The notes under the pieces are model-generated. The model saw nothing but the letters and a program-made list of their open reading frames with translations, was not told where the DNA came from and ran no database searches. From positions 129,458,001 through 129,522,000 of the forward strand of contig NC_058368.1 of the NCBI RefSeq assembly GCF_018350175.1: a DNA stretch of 64,000 bases. Direction: 5' to 3'. Shown piece after piece: positions 39,220 to 52,204 of the stretch; the first letter of the stretch is position 1, and each line of letters starts with the position of its first letter. Origin of the DNA: Felis catus (Eukaryota). Position numbers and translations under genes: made by a program.

Positions 39220-40335
39220 GCCACTCCTGCCAGGTCTTGGGCCATCTCCTTCCACGGTACCAGCTCCAGTGGACGCTTCTCTGTTCTCAGTCTGTTTGGA
39301 CTGTTCAACTACTTTGACCACTTCCTCTTTCCTGGACCACTTTTTTCTCCCAGCTTTTGTCACATTACTGTCTCTGGGTTTACCTCAGTGGCTCTTTCCT
39401 TCTTCTTTTGTTTCCACTTTCTGTCTGTTTCACATTGTTGACATTCCTCAGAGCTCAGTCCTACCCACCTCCCTGCCTTGTTTTTCTCCTGTTCTTACTT
39501 GCTCTTTCTGTCTGTACTCTGAGCCCTAGATGCTCTCCTCATTTCCAGGGTTGAATTCCATGGATATGATATTCAGTACCAAATTCATAACTGTATCGCC
39601 TACCTCTCAGAGACCGTGTTCACACATCCAACTGCCTACTTGATGTTCTTTCCCTGAATGTATCAGAAACATCTCAAATAGAACCTTTTGTAACATTTTC
39701 AAAATGGAAATCTTCCTTTCTGGTCCCCCAACGACTTTCTACCTCTCCGCATACTCACCCAGCCTTTGGAGACAAAACTGTGGGCTCATTCTTGATTCTC
39801 CACTTGGCCGAACTCTCCCCATCCAACCTACCAGCAAATTCTAGAGTCTCAACCTGGAGAATGTATCCCAAATCTGTCCATTTCCTCTACCACCCTCGTT
39901 CCAGGCCAGACCACCTGCATCTCTCACGTGATCCACTTCAGCACCAAACTAGTCTCTCTAGTCTCTCTACTTCCACTTTTTTTTCCCTCCCCCACCAAGT
40001 CCATTCATTCTCCACCCAGCAGGGAAGGAAATTATAATGTAAATTAGATCAACATATGAAGCATAAATTGGATCAGGCCATTTCCCCACTCAAAACTCCC
40101 TAGTGGCTTTCTCTTTCACCTGGAACAAAATCTCATTTCTTCACTACACACTGTTGGGCCCTGTCCATCTATCTCACCTCAAGTGAGCCAGGTTCTCCCC
40201 TGGCTCAGTGATTTCTGGCCACACTGACCTTCTCTCATTGCCTCAAAGACACCCAACTCTCGCCTGATTCAGGGTCTTCAGAACGCGGTTTTCCCTACAT
40301 CCTGTAGCACCATGTCTTCTACTCTTTTGCCTTTC
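39220..40335 (+). mobile_element. L2 LINE, about 1.1 kb
   Basis: ttgaccacttcctcttt; catccaactgcctacttgatg; ccactcaaaactccctagtggctt; ctggccacactgaccttct. Confidence 0.8.
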
Positions 40336-40337
40336 AC

Positions 40338-40467
40338 TTTGTTTTTTTAAATGTTCATTCATTTTTGAGAGAGAGAGACAGAGACAGAGTGTGAGCAGGG
40401 GAGGGGCAGAGAGAGAAGACGACACAGAATCCAAAGCAGGCTCCAGGCTCTGAGCTGTCAGCACAGA
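40338..40467 (-). mobile_element. Felid SINE, 3' part only (head missing)
   Basis: Poly-T, (GA)n and agaatccaaagcaggctccaggctctgagctgtcagcacaga, then an abrupt switch to LTR sequence. Confidence 0.93.
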
Positions 40468-40843
40468 ATTGGCTGATGTGGTTGTGGAGGTTTAGAATTC
40501 TGGCAATCTGCTGATTCCAAGCTGGAGACCCAGGAAAGCTGGTGGTGTCGTTCATTCCAACTGTGAAGGTCTGAAAACCAGGATTGCCATGTCTGATGGC
40601 AGGAGAAGATGGATGTCCCAGGTCAAGCAGAGAAAGCAGATTGACCTTTTTGTTCTACTCAGGCTCTTTAGTGGATTGAGTAATGCCCACCTACATTGAT
40701 GAGAGTCATCTGTACTCAGTCTACAGATTCAAATGCTAGTCTCTTCCAGAAACATCCTCATAGGCACACCCCAAAATACTGTTCTACCAGCTGTCCCGGC
40801 ATCCTTAGCCCAGTTAAATTGACACATAAAATAAATCATCACG
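40466..40843 (-). mobile_element. MLT2 (ERV-L) LTR lacking its 3' end
   Basis: aagctggagacccaggaaagctggtggtgt...ttgacacataaaataaatcatcac; visibly homologous to 46019-46454. Confidence 0.88.
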
Positions 40844-42779
40844 ACTTGCTTCCCTCACTCCCCACCCAATGTAAAATTAAAAATTAAAAAACACTATATC
40901 ATAAGGTTTTGGAAATGAAAGAAAATGCACACATACACCAAAGTTAAAATACCTTCTTCCTAGCTTATCTGTTTTTCTCCATCTTTGTGTATTTGGCCCT
41001 CAGCATGAAATGTAAGGAACTAAGGACCTGGTTACAGGTCCTGTTAATGAGCTTACTGTGTTGGTTACATTTATAGTAGCACTCCACTCTTGACCTGGTA
41101 ATAGTTCTGAAATAAACTACAATGGAATTGCATCTTTTATGCATCCGCACAATTTAAATGTGTATTGACACCCACAAACTACATTTGCTTATTTGGAAGT
41201 TACTCAGGGCACTCAGAATTGAAAGGCACATGTTTGGATACTATGTTTCTGCCCGTAAGTGCACAGATGCTGTTTCCCTCTAGGAAAAGGGGAATGGCTC
41301 TTGAATGGATCTGAAGGGCTTCACCTTTCAGAAGAAATTACTTCTTCCCCTTCCTCAGGTGATTACTGCTTTTCCTGGCCTCTAGACTATAGTCAACTCT
41401 TGGTTCTTATTCAACATTAACTAGGTTGTGGATTAACCCTCGGGAAGAAATTAGGGTTAGTAGATGAATGAAAAAAAAAGTGATACAAATTAACAAAAAT
41501 ATCTGCATTTTAGAGGAAAACTATTTGAAAGTATATACCAAGGATGCAGGGCCAGTGCTGCGCAGCCACTTGTAAACACTCCTGTCTGCTGAAAACCCAC
41601 TTTTTTCATTCGTCCATGATGCAGGGAGGGAAGGACCACAAGATCCATCCAGCGGCTGGAGAGTTGTGGCCAGTTGTAACGGTGCACATTCTCTTTCTTT
41701 TAGGTTTTGGGCCAAAGTGTTCTTAACTCTCCCTGCTGCTGACATTTTATGTTCTTTGACTCTGAGAGTAGGGAGAAAGCTAGGGATGTGCTCTGCGGTA
41801 CAAAATTTCAATTGTGTTTTGTTTGTTTGTTTGTTGTTGTTGTTTTTCCAAAAACCCAGGACCAGGGGCTTTTAATTTAGTGCTGGGACAGTGAGGAGCC
41901 AAGCTTGCAGGGCAAGAATGGGGAGGAAAAGCCACTGAAGGAGCTGACATCAAGAGGGTGGGTAATTTACCTACAGAGCCGTGTGGCTTGACTGTGATAC
42001 ATGGGACCTGGGGTGTGAGACACGGAGCAGTGACATATAGCACGGTGGGCTGGCGGAGAAGCACTGAGTGATTGCGGTAGAGGCGAACACGGGCTGCTAG
42101 CAAAAACAAGATCAGGCTGGTGCTGCACTCTATCACCTAAACCATCTGCTGGATGGCTTAGAAAGCAGAGGACCATTTGCTAAGTGACAACTGATGTCAT
42201 TTTATTCTAATGTTCAACAAAAGAACAGCTCTGCCAAGAAGCAGACAATAATAACAGACTATTTTGCCACTTTTCATCAAGCAATTTGTATGATGTTTTG
42301 AATCCCTTAAGTATGATTCTTGTGTTATGCTTATACTTTGATAGCATCTGTAGAACAGGAAATGTGTCCCTAAATATTAGATGTCATTTTAAGGAAATTA
42401 CTGTTGATCAAATCGGTTGTAGGCACAATTTCACCTGGATTTTTTCGGCTGCTATTGGGGTTACCTGTGTAACTCCTTCCACCTCTTGTGCTCTCAGCCA
42501 TTCAGGCACCTTACCTGAATCGTCTGTCAGCTGATGACATGTGGGTGCATCTCCAGATGGTGCCGGTGACTTGGACTTGACCTTAGTTCTGGGCCACCTG
42601 GAACTCTAAGCTGGTTATCTGCACATCTCAAAACCTGTAGCCAAGTGTTAGAAATTCCACAGGCCCCATACATGCCTTATCTTTGTATTTGGGAAGCATA
42701 TACCTGCTCTGCAAAAAATGATGAGTATTGCTTCAGGAGAGGCTGGATTTTCCTCAGAGTTCCGATCAATATCACTGTT

Positions 42780-42781
<2 letters not shown>

Positions 42782-42842
<61 letters not shown>
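42782..42842. repeat. Compound (TC)n(AC)n microsatellite
   Basis: Directly visible. Confidence 0.95.
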
Positions 42843-42845
<3 letters not shown>

Positions 42846-43766
42846 TCACAAATGATAATTCCTTAAGCAGGAGGCTTTGGCTTGATCTCCTCAACATTTT
42901 ACCCTTGTCTCTGTCATGGAGACATCTACACATGGTTTATAATACTGGATAAATTCTTACATTTAAACCAGATGGGTAAGCTTGTTTTCTTTTTGCTCCC
43001 CCCCTTCCCCCTTTTCTTCTTAGAATTTCAGATTTCTGTTACCAGGCCATTGTTCTACTTGTCACTGTTGTTCTTGGTGGTCGACAACTATAGTCAGAGA
43101 TAGAAAAACTACTACATTTTGCTGAGGCCTTGTTAGTTGCCACAAACCGTACAGGTGCTTATATGGAATCGTGGTTCTCCTCTTTTGCACATCATGGCCC
43201 ACATAGAAATCAGTGATACATTTAGAGCATAGTGATAAAAATGGAGGAGGGGGAGGTCTGAACCTGGAGGCCAGGGGCTTAGAGCTCCAACTGTTTTAGG
43301 TCAGAATCCTGATGGCTGAGGAGACAATATCTCAACCCACCCTTATCCCTTTGGTAGTATGACAACAAGTGATGGCTCCGATAGAATATTTCCTTTATCC
43401 TTCACAATAATACTTATCATCTGTTAGTTGCTTCACATATTCACATGTTTAGTAAACGGTAAAGCCAGGGCTTGAATATTGTCTGTTTGATCCCAGGCTA
43501 TTTTTTCCGTATCACAAATCAACCTGCTTCTATAGCTGTTGATGCTGACTTGATCGGCCTTGGAGATGGAGGTGGTGTTCTAGCTAAGATGCAGGTGGAC
43601 CTGGGTTCTGAGTGGCAGTCTGACACACGAGTCAGGCATCAAAGAGTGATAGCCCTATGTGCTTTCACATTTGGCTCTGCAAAGATCAACCCCAAAGTCC
43701 TTCATCAGTCCTATGAAGTAGTGTGTCCTATGAAGTCCTACGGATTGGTGGCCCGTAAGCTATTTC

Positions 43767-43950
43767 TTTTTTTTTTAAATATGAAATTTATTGTCAGATT
43801 GGTTTCCATACAACACCCAGTGCTCATCCCGACAGGTGCCCTCCTCCATGCCCATCACCCATCCTCCCCTCCCTACCACCCCCCATCAACCCTCAGTTTG
43901 TTCTCAGTTTTTAAGAGTCTCTTATGTTTTGGCTCCCTCCCTCTCTAACT
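43767..43950 (-). mobile_element. Young felid L1 3' end, 5'-truncated (184 bp)
   Basis: Poly-T then aatatgaaatttattgtc...acaacacccagtgctcatccc (carnivore L1 3' UTR); perfect 12-bp TSD gtaagctatttc at 43755-43766 and 43951-43962. Confidence 0.92.
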
Positions 43951-44763
43951 GTAAGCTATTTCAATCCCCATCTGGCTTCATTCCCTGTTGGAGAGCTTGT
44001 CAAGGCAATCCGTCTCTAAATTTGAGTAAGCCTCTCTTCACTTACACTCCTTCAGGGGGGGAATCGAATTTCTTCCAGAGCGGGTTTGTTGGTTGTTTAG
44101 AAGGATGCAGGTAAGGCACAGGCAATTGCACCTTTATCCCTGAACTTTAAAGAAGCCAGAGATTTTAAAAGAAAGTAAATCTTTTAATCCTTCTACAGCT
44201 ACTTCCCCTTTTACTAAGTAACTGGCATTTAAAAGAAACTGTTATTGAACATGCCTTCTGAGCCCTTTTGTAAGCGTTAACAAGAACTTCTCCTAAGAGA
44301 CAAGAGCTCCCGTCTTTCCAAAAGATAGGTCCCATTGTGAGTATTTAAGGAAAAGTCATATTTAGTCAAAATAGGCAATTATTTTTATTTCACCAGAAGC
44401 AAGCTCAAAATAATACCAAAATGCATTTGTAAGCCAATCGGCAGCTTCAGGCCTTGAGAACTCCTTTTGGGCCAGGTGTGGGGGAAGGTGGTCCAGACAG
44501 CATCCTGAAGGGACACTCTGTCAGCACCTGCCGGTACACACTAGAGCAGGTAAGGAAGTTTGAAGAATGCCAACATGTACCTCTGCCATAGCCAGGGAGT
44601 TGGTACCAAGGGAGAAGCTCTATCATTGTCAAGAGTGACCAAAACATAAAAACTTAGGAGGAACCCAAAAAGAAATATATGGGACCTGCATTAAGAAAAT
44701 AACAAAAGTTGACTGAGAAATATAAGTGAAGGTTTCACACAAGGATAAATATATAATATTTCT

Positions 44764-44974
44764 TTCTTTTTTTAAGTTTGCTTATTTTGAGAGAGAGGCA
44801 GACAGAGCAAAAGTGGGGGAGGGGCAGAGAGAGAGGGTGACACAGAATCCGAAACAGGCTCCAGGCTCTGAGCTCTCATCACAGAGCCCAATGCGTGGCT
44901 CAAACTCACAAACCCCGAAATCATGACCTGAGCCAAAGTCAGACGCTTAACTGACTGAGCCACCCAGGTGCCCC
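44764..44974 (-). mobile_element. Felid SINE with 16-bp TSD
   Basis: TSD a(a/g)tatataatatttct at 44748-44763 and 44975-44990. Confidence 0.96.
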
Positions 44975-45031
44975 AGTATATAATATTTCTCAGTGGAAAG
45001 ACTAAATAGAGCAAAAGTACCAATTCTTTTC

Positions 45032-45880
45032 TGTTGAATATTGTGATTTATCATGGGAAATGAATATGTGGTCTTCCTCCAGTTCCTGGCACAGAACTCC
45101 TAAAACCCTTTGAATTTCCTACTGATAAGAGCAATAAAGGTATCTGTTCTTATTCATAAGAAGCCTCTTTCAGCCACTCCTGAGTTTATACTAGGGGTAA
45201 CTGGAAAAGCCAGAAAGTTTGGGGGCTGGATGCCAGGTGATGAGATAGTTGGAACTTTCAGTCCCACCCCTCAGCCTCTAGGACAAGGAAAGTGACTCAG
45301 TCTCCAACGGCCAATGATTTAATCAACCATGGCTATGTAATGAAACCTCCATAAAGAGCCAAAAGGATGGGATGTGGAGAACTTTGGGGTTGGTGAACTT
45401 GTGGTATTGGAAGGGTGGTGCACCTTTAGAAGCTATGGAAGTTCTACCCCTTCTCCCACATACTTTCCTTATGCATCTCTTCTATCTGGCTGTTCCTGAA
45501 CTGTATCCTTTTATAATAAAGCAGGAATCTAGCAAATAAACCATTTTCCTGAGTTCTGTGAGCCCATTTAGCAAACTAATGGAATCTGAGCAAGGAGTCA
45601 TGGGAACTCTTTATAGATAGCCAGTCAGAAGCACAGGTGACAGTCTGGAATAGTGATTAGCATCTGAATTGGAAAAGGGGTCAGTCTTTTGGACTGAGCC
45701 CTCGAGCTATGGGATCTGACATGATCTCCAGGTACAAAGTGTCAGAATTGGCTTAAATTGTAGGCCATCCACCTGGTGTCACAGAATAGCCTTGTGTGGA
45801 GGAAAAAAGACCCACACACTGGATGACCAGAGTACAGAATTATTGAGAATGGAAGAGAAATGCACAGATTTGTTTTTCCA
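45032..45880 (+). mobile_element. MER21-type (probably MER21C) solo LTR
   Basis: gttcctggcacagaactcctaaaaccctttgaatttcct; gccaatgatttaatcaaccatggctatgtaatgaaacctccataaa. Confidence 0.78.
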
Positions 45881-45940
45881 AAACAAATACATACCACTAA
45901 TAAAATTCTAAAAAAAAAAAAATTCGATGAGATTGATGGA

Positions 45941-46454
45941 TGTATTAGCCCTCTCCAGAGAGAATCAATAGTATAAATACACACACACACACACACTCAT
46001 AAGAGGAGATTTATTACAGGAATTGACTCATGTGATTATGGAAGCCAAGAAGTCCCATGATTGGCCTTCTGCAAGCTGGAAAACCAAGAAAGTTGGAGGT
46101 ATAATTTAGACTGAATTTGAAGGCCTGAGAACCAACAGAGCTGATGGTGTAAGTCCTAGTCCATGTCTGAAGGCCCAAGGACTAGAAGCACCAATATCCA
46201 AGGGCAGAACAAGATGGAAGTCCCAGTTTGCAAATGGAGCAAATTGCCTTCTCTCTACCTTTTTGTTCTACTTGGGCCCTCAGTGGATTGGATGATACTC
46301 AGACACAACGGTGAGGGTGAGCCTCTTTATCAGTCTGCCAATTCTACCATTCTCTTCTAGAAACACCCTCACAGGCATACTCAGAAATCATGTTTTGCCA
46401 GTTCTCTGGGCATCCCTTAGCCCAGTCAAGTTGACACATAAAGCTAACCATTAC
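45941..46454 (-). mobile_element. MLT2 (ERV-L) solo LTR, full length
   Basis: tgtattag...(CA)n...gagatttattacaggaattgactcatgtgattatgga...gtcaagttgacacataaagctaaccattac. Confidence 0.9.
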
Positions 46455-49017
46455 GGGGGGTGGGGTGGGGGGGGGGAGTTAATGGGAGAAAGGAATTTGA
46501 TAAAGCTACACAAAAAATAGCTGTGAAAATTTGAAAGTGAGAATTCTGTCTCATCCAGCACCAAACTGTTAATGAAGTCACAAGAATCAGAACCCCAGGG
46601 TGGATGCAAGAAACAGCATACAGAAAATGGAACTGTTTAGACAACCCTAAAACTGAGGCCAGTCTAAATACATTTTTCAACAACTGGTTTCCTAAGAACG
46701 GACTATTCAAAAAAAAAATCATCAAGTTCTGTCCTCATATCTCATCATACACCAGAATTTCACTTCTATCATCAAAAAGAAAATATAAGTGAGTATTTAA
46801 CTGATAAAGAAGAGATTTTTGAATACTAAAAAAATATACATAAAGTCAACAAGAATGGTAACTTTGGCTGTATGTAAATCTTAAAATTTTGGAGGTCAAA
46901 AGTCACTCCTCATTTCTGTTGCCATGCTGCCTAAAATTCCATTCTTTGTTTTAGAGTAAGGCATTGAGAACCCAGGAGTCTTCCGTCAAAATCTAACCCT
47001 CAAGAGTCAGAGATGAAATGCATAGAAGCATGTACCACATGGCTGTATTGGTTAATGTATTGAAGCACTTCTATTCTCACTTGTAAATAGCAACTTCCTT
47101 GGGACCCATCCAGTGCCTTCTCTTCACCGCTTTGGCCACGGACCCTTCCACAAGTTTCATCCTGACCGCCCCAGGAGCTGGCAACTAGAGGAGCCTTGTC
47201 TGCCCTGAAAGGGCCATGAGGCTTTAGAACCTCCACCTGTGTCCCTTCTGATCCGTGAAGGCCTATGTCAAATCATTTGTCACGTTTTTATAATATTCTC
47301 CCCTGCCAGGTGGCATGACAAATGGGTCATTGTTAAGGTTTGGTTGCTGTAGTAACTGACATTTTGGACAGAAAATAGGGCTCTGGAAGCATAGGTGAAA
47401 AGTCAGGTATGCCTTGATGGATGCAGGGTAAAACAGCAGGTCTCAGCAAGAAGGATGCTAAGAGTGACTGAGGCATCCAGAGGGCAAGCAGGTAGTTCCT
47501 GATCTGTAGAGGAAGCTTGCACTAAAAAGAAAAAGAGGGGGAAAATTGAATACTGAGGATTCCTCATGCTACACCTCTCCAAATTCATAATTTTACCAAC
47601 AGCTCCCCGGGTAACTGGGCCAACTTCGAGACCGCCTACTCTGGCATTTCGTTCTGGGTGAATTAAAGTTGTACCAAGCCAGGAGGGACAGTCCTCCTGC
47701 AGGACAGGAGTGAAACACAGAAGACACAAAGTGTGGAGTCTTTGTTGGTCACCACAGCCGCTCTGGTTTGTGTAGGAGAGGGGGTATGGCAGGTAGCAGG
47801 TGCATGAGGACCAGGAATGCCAAATGTATGCCCTGCTTTGCACAGGCAGGCCTGCACCAGGAAAACCGTCCCACCCAAATTGGTAAAATCACACCACCAC
47901 TGAGAAACATGAAGAAGGAAATCCAATGCCATTTTGCCTTTATAAATCTTGATGGCTGGGCTTTGGCATTTCTCTTCTGTTGGGGAAGGAGAAGAGCGTT
48001 TCTTTGATACAGAACGATAGAGTTTGAAAAAATTTTTTAAGTCATTTTTTTTTCTTTTTTACTTTCTTTGATGTTAAAAGAAAAAGATCCTAATAATGGA
48101 ATTTCGTACCAAGAGTCATTAGACCAAAGTATCTGCCTGAAGCAAAATTTTATGGCCAAGTTATGAACCCGCAAACAGAACCTTAACTATTGTGATAGGA
48201 GCTGACTGTAGTAATAAAAGCGAATTTGTTAAATAAAATATGTTTATAATTCACTGGGCTCAGAATCAGGTAGGTGGGAAGAAACCTCCTGTGAGTTGTA
48301 ATGATTTTGCAAAAGAGCCGAAAGAGCAGTTCACTCGGTAGGCAGGTAGAGGAGTGCATGCCCTATGTCATTATTACAGTGTGTGATTTCATTTATTCAT
48401 GGGGTGCCAGGGATGCGTGGCCCTTTTGAGCTGCTAAAACACAGTGGACAAAAGCCAGAAAATGAAATGAAATCCTGGCCTTAAAGAGACTGCAATTGAA
48501 ATGTGTAAGCAAGTTCAGTCTGCCTGATGACAAGCACGGGAAGAGCATTAATGCAAGAAGGTTTTGCAGATCCTGATGGATTTTAGCACTGATTTTGAAA
48601 GAGGGTTGGAAGGACAGGATATAGATTCATTTGGAAGTTATTGTGGGCGGCCAAAGCAAAGGGAGAGAAAACCAGGCACAGCCAAAATGTTAGAATCTCA
48701 CTGGGGCATAAAGACTAGAACCAAACAAAAGAAGGAACAAGGCTTAATACTGCAGAGGATAGAATTCAGAAGTTCTTTTTCTATAGGAAAAAAAAAAAAT
48801 AGCTTGGCTGGTGTATAAAGGAAGAAAAGCCACTCTAGCTTTTCCTACAGACGGATGACCTATGTAATCACCATCAGTAAGTAAGATGAGGATCAAACAC
48901 AGGTTGAAAGGACATAGAGAAGAGAATCACAGCTTAGGAAAGGTTGTGCCTCCATACCAGCCCAGGTATTTCTGGTTGCTGTAAGTGTAATAGCAAAGCA
49001 GCTTTAAAGAGAGAGGA

Positions 49018-49415
49018 TTAGAGGCTGAATTGTGTCCCCTCCCCAAATTCCTATATTGGAAGCTGTAATGCCCAGAACCTCAGAATGTGACTGTATTTGG
49101 AGATAGTACCTCTAAAGAAGTGAACAGGTTAAAATGAGGCCACTAGATGGGTCTTACTGCATTCTGACTGGTGTCCTTATGAGAAGAGATTGGGATACAC
49201 GGGGACTCCAGAGATGTGTGTACCCAGCACAAAGACGGTGCAAAGAAAACAAGAAAGATGGCCATCGGCAAGTCAAGGAGAGAGGCCTCACCAGAAATCG
49301 CACCTGCTGACACCTTGACCTCAGACTTCCAGTCTCCAGAACTATGAGAAAAGAAGTGTCTCTTTCAGCCACCTAGATGAGGGTGTGTGTTATGGCTGCC
49401 CTAGCCAACTAATAG
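49018..49415 (+). mobile_element. MLT1B-type MaLR solo LTR
   Basis: gctgaattgtgtcccct...cctcagaatgtgactgtatttggagatag...gacttccagtctccagaactatgaga...ttatggctgccctagccaactaata. Confidence 0.88.
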
Positions 49416-49649
49416 AAACACAGGGTGGGAGAGAGGGCAAGAGAAAAGGAATAAAAGAACATTTAAAATAGCAAGAAGGAGAGGAAGAAGCAGCAGCATC
49501 ATTCATTGAAAACCTGATTAATAGTACTCCTGAAAATGACATAGAAATACATCTCTCTGACCTTAGAAATACATACTCACTTTGCAGAAAAGAGAACATA
49601 AGGCCAACAAGAACAAAATTACTATGCGATGTCAGTCAGTTGTTTCTTC

Positions 49650-50385
49650 CCCTAATGTTGGACTTCAGGTCTCCTGGCCTTGACCTTGGGCCCTCTCTCT
49701 CCACTGTACCCCTCAGGGCCTTGATGCGAGCAGGCTTGCAAGGCCACCACCTCCACACTGGGACTTCTGCACCCACGCTCCTGCTATGACTACAATAGTC
49801 TTCCCCAACCCCAAATGTCTTGTAATTCTCTCACTTGCAGCCTCAGCAGCCATCCTTTGTCCTCAGGTTCAAGTACAAACTTGTCCCTGAAGGTCATTAT
49901 TTCTGGTCCTCAAGCAGAGCTGTGCTCTCTATTGTATCTAGACCTTCTTGTGCCCCCCTTCTGTCCAGAGCTTTCCCCACCTGCCCTCAGTCCCTGCTCT
50001 TTGAATCGCAAGCTCTTCTACATTTTTCAAGTCTTTGGGTCTTCTTTAGAGATCACTTCTTCCAAAGCCCGGATTCTGGATTAGCTGGGTTTTTTTTTTT
50101 CTAAATTCTCCCCATAATTCCCATTTTAGTGCTCATCATATTATATTGTAATTGAGACTCCAATGGGCCATGAACTGGATAGGAGCAAACACCAAGATTG
50201 TCTCACGCCTAATAAATAAAAGGTGAGGGAGTTATGTTATGTTTCAGAGATGTTTCACTTGCTATTATGTATGTTTTAGGGAGGTATCATTTTCACTGCT
50301 TTGGATTTCAGCAGACATTTGTTAATCTGACTAGCCCATTGTTCCCGGTAGATGCTTAATAAATACTAGCTGAATAAATGAAAAA
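49650..50385 (+). mobile_element. Degraded L2 fragments
   Basis: Pyrimidine-rich; ends gtagatgcttaataaatactagctgaataaatgaa, the L2 tail. Confidence 0.5.
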
Positions 50386-50749
50386 CCAGGTTATCACAAT
50401 ATGCGCTATCAGAAAGCAGGAGGGAGGTTGCATATCATAGCTGCCTGAGCTTTATCAGTGATTTTTACATCTGACCCATTTTACTCTTCTTCACCCAAAG
50501 AAATTGTATGACCACAGAACACAGGATGGAAGTGTTCCTGGAGGTCATATAGGAAACAGAACTGCTGAGAAGAGGATTAAAAGCCTTGAGGAAGAAGTAG
50601 AAGAATTTTGGGAGGCTTCTGGAATGGGTATTTCTAGGACCAGTCCAGTTCTGGCCCTGCCAGACCAGGTGGACAATATCCCCAGGGAGCTCAGGGAAGA
50701 GGGGCAGAGGTAGGCTTTTTGTCTGACTGTCTTCAAATCTAGCCAAAGC

Positions 50750-50850
50750 CCTGCACACTGAGAGGTTAGATGATTTCCCCAAGGTCGTGAGGCCAGCCAG
50801 GTGGACGGGTAGGGGCTAGGTTTGGAACCCAGGAAGTGCAGCTCCACTTG
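50750..50850 (-). mobile_element. MIR fragment
   Basis: ctgagaggttagatgatttccccaaggtc...ggtttggaacccagg. Confidence 0.6.
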
Positions 50851-52204
50851 ATGGTAAGATGAATTTCCTGAATTCTTCCACTGATGAGAAATGGTGGTTG
50901 AGGGTCCTAGACCCAGACTTCCTCCCTGGAGGGGTTGAGTTGTTGCTCTGCTTCTTGCACATTTGACACGTTGGAGAGACCCAGCAGGCCCCTTCAGAAG
51001 GAAGGATTTTTGTCTCTGCACGTCCAGATTCTTACCAGTGGAATGTCACCAGTCAGAAGAGGCAGGTGGCAAATTTAAGTAATTAGTGAAAATCAGGACT
51101 CACAGTCTTGAGAATAATTAATGTTGTCTTCTAATCTCTTTCCTCTGGGGGAAATTTTGCATATTGCTTAAAAGAAATGTCATCTACGCCTCACTGTTTC
51201 CAGAACCTTGCTGTGAATAACAGCACTTCCAGAGCCTTGCAGAAGCATCGTTTAAAGGGTCTTTACCTCAATTACCAGCCAAGCCCATACATTTCCCTGC
51301 AGATCTGATACCACATAGGCCCCTGTAATGGTAGAACTTGCAGGAATGATCAGATATGTGGTTACAAGGTGTCAGGGAGCCTCCTGTCCTCCATTGCCAG
51401 TTGGCACCTAAAGAGCAGTGATTGGGACCCCACAGAAAAATACAGCCCAGATGTTTTGAAGAGTTACAGAGAAGCTTCACAGGAATGATACTGCATGGTA
51501 TGCAGGGAAGGATGAGAAGAATATTCACAGGCAAAGAGGGGCAGAGATTGCAGACAGAGAAACAAGAACAAAGGGAAAAGAGGTGAAGATGCAGGAAACA
51601 AACAAGGAAGAGACCATTGTGTTGGGTTTTCTAAAATGAGAGAGGACAAAAATTCTGCAAAGGGAGACTACAGGTATTTTGTGGTGCACCTTTGAGTTCA
51701 GCCAAAGAAATGGGTTTGATCTGGAAGATATTAGAGCATCATTGAAAAAGTTTTTGAGGAAAGGCATGCCATGAGTATCTTAGAACTGGAAGGTATCTCT
51801 CTGAAGGGAACAGAGAAGAGAGAGGACTTAGCCAAGGGAAACCCAGAATTAGGAGCCAGGTCTCTTGACCCACAGTCCAGGGCTCTGTACACTGATTACC
51901 CCCTCTTGCCAGTCCATTAATTATGTCTGATCGCATGGCACCTGAGTGGTATTGGCCATTGTTCCTTTCTGTTTGTTGTTTTTTCTTTATCAGACTCCCA
52001 TCCCCACTTCATAAATAAGGTGTGCTCACGTGGGTAAGAAGCAACTAGAAAGCTACCGTGTCTTGGTGGCTTAGCATGTCCCAGGCCCAGAGTTAAATGC
52101 CTTCTATACATTTTCTCATTTGATCTTCACCATATCCCTATTATCCACCTAATAATTGCTCAGAGACTCTGCCAAAGATCTCACAATCACAAAGAGAGGA
52201 GGTC

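Larger units (their letters stand above)
44645..46900 (+). mobile_element. Old L1M ORF2 remnant split by three insertions
   Basis: A-rich L1-like pieces at about 44645-44763, 44975-45031, 45880-45940 and 46480-46900. Confidence 0.55.

Noticed and set aside
50504..50713. ORF with coiled-coil-like EKRIKSLEEEVEEF and weak splice signals
   Set aside because: Its start resembles a MIR3/L3-type fragment, the splice sites are weak and I recognise no homologue.
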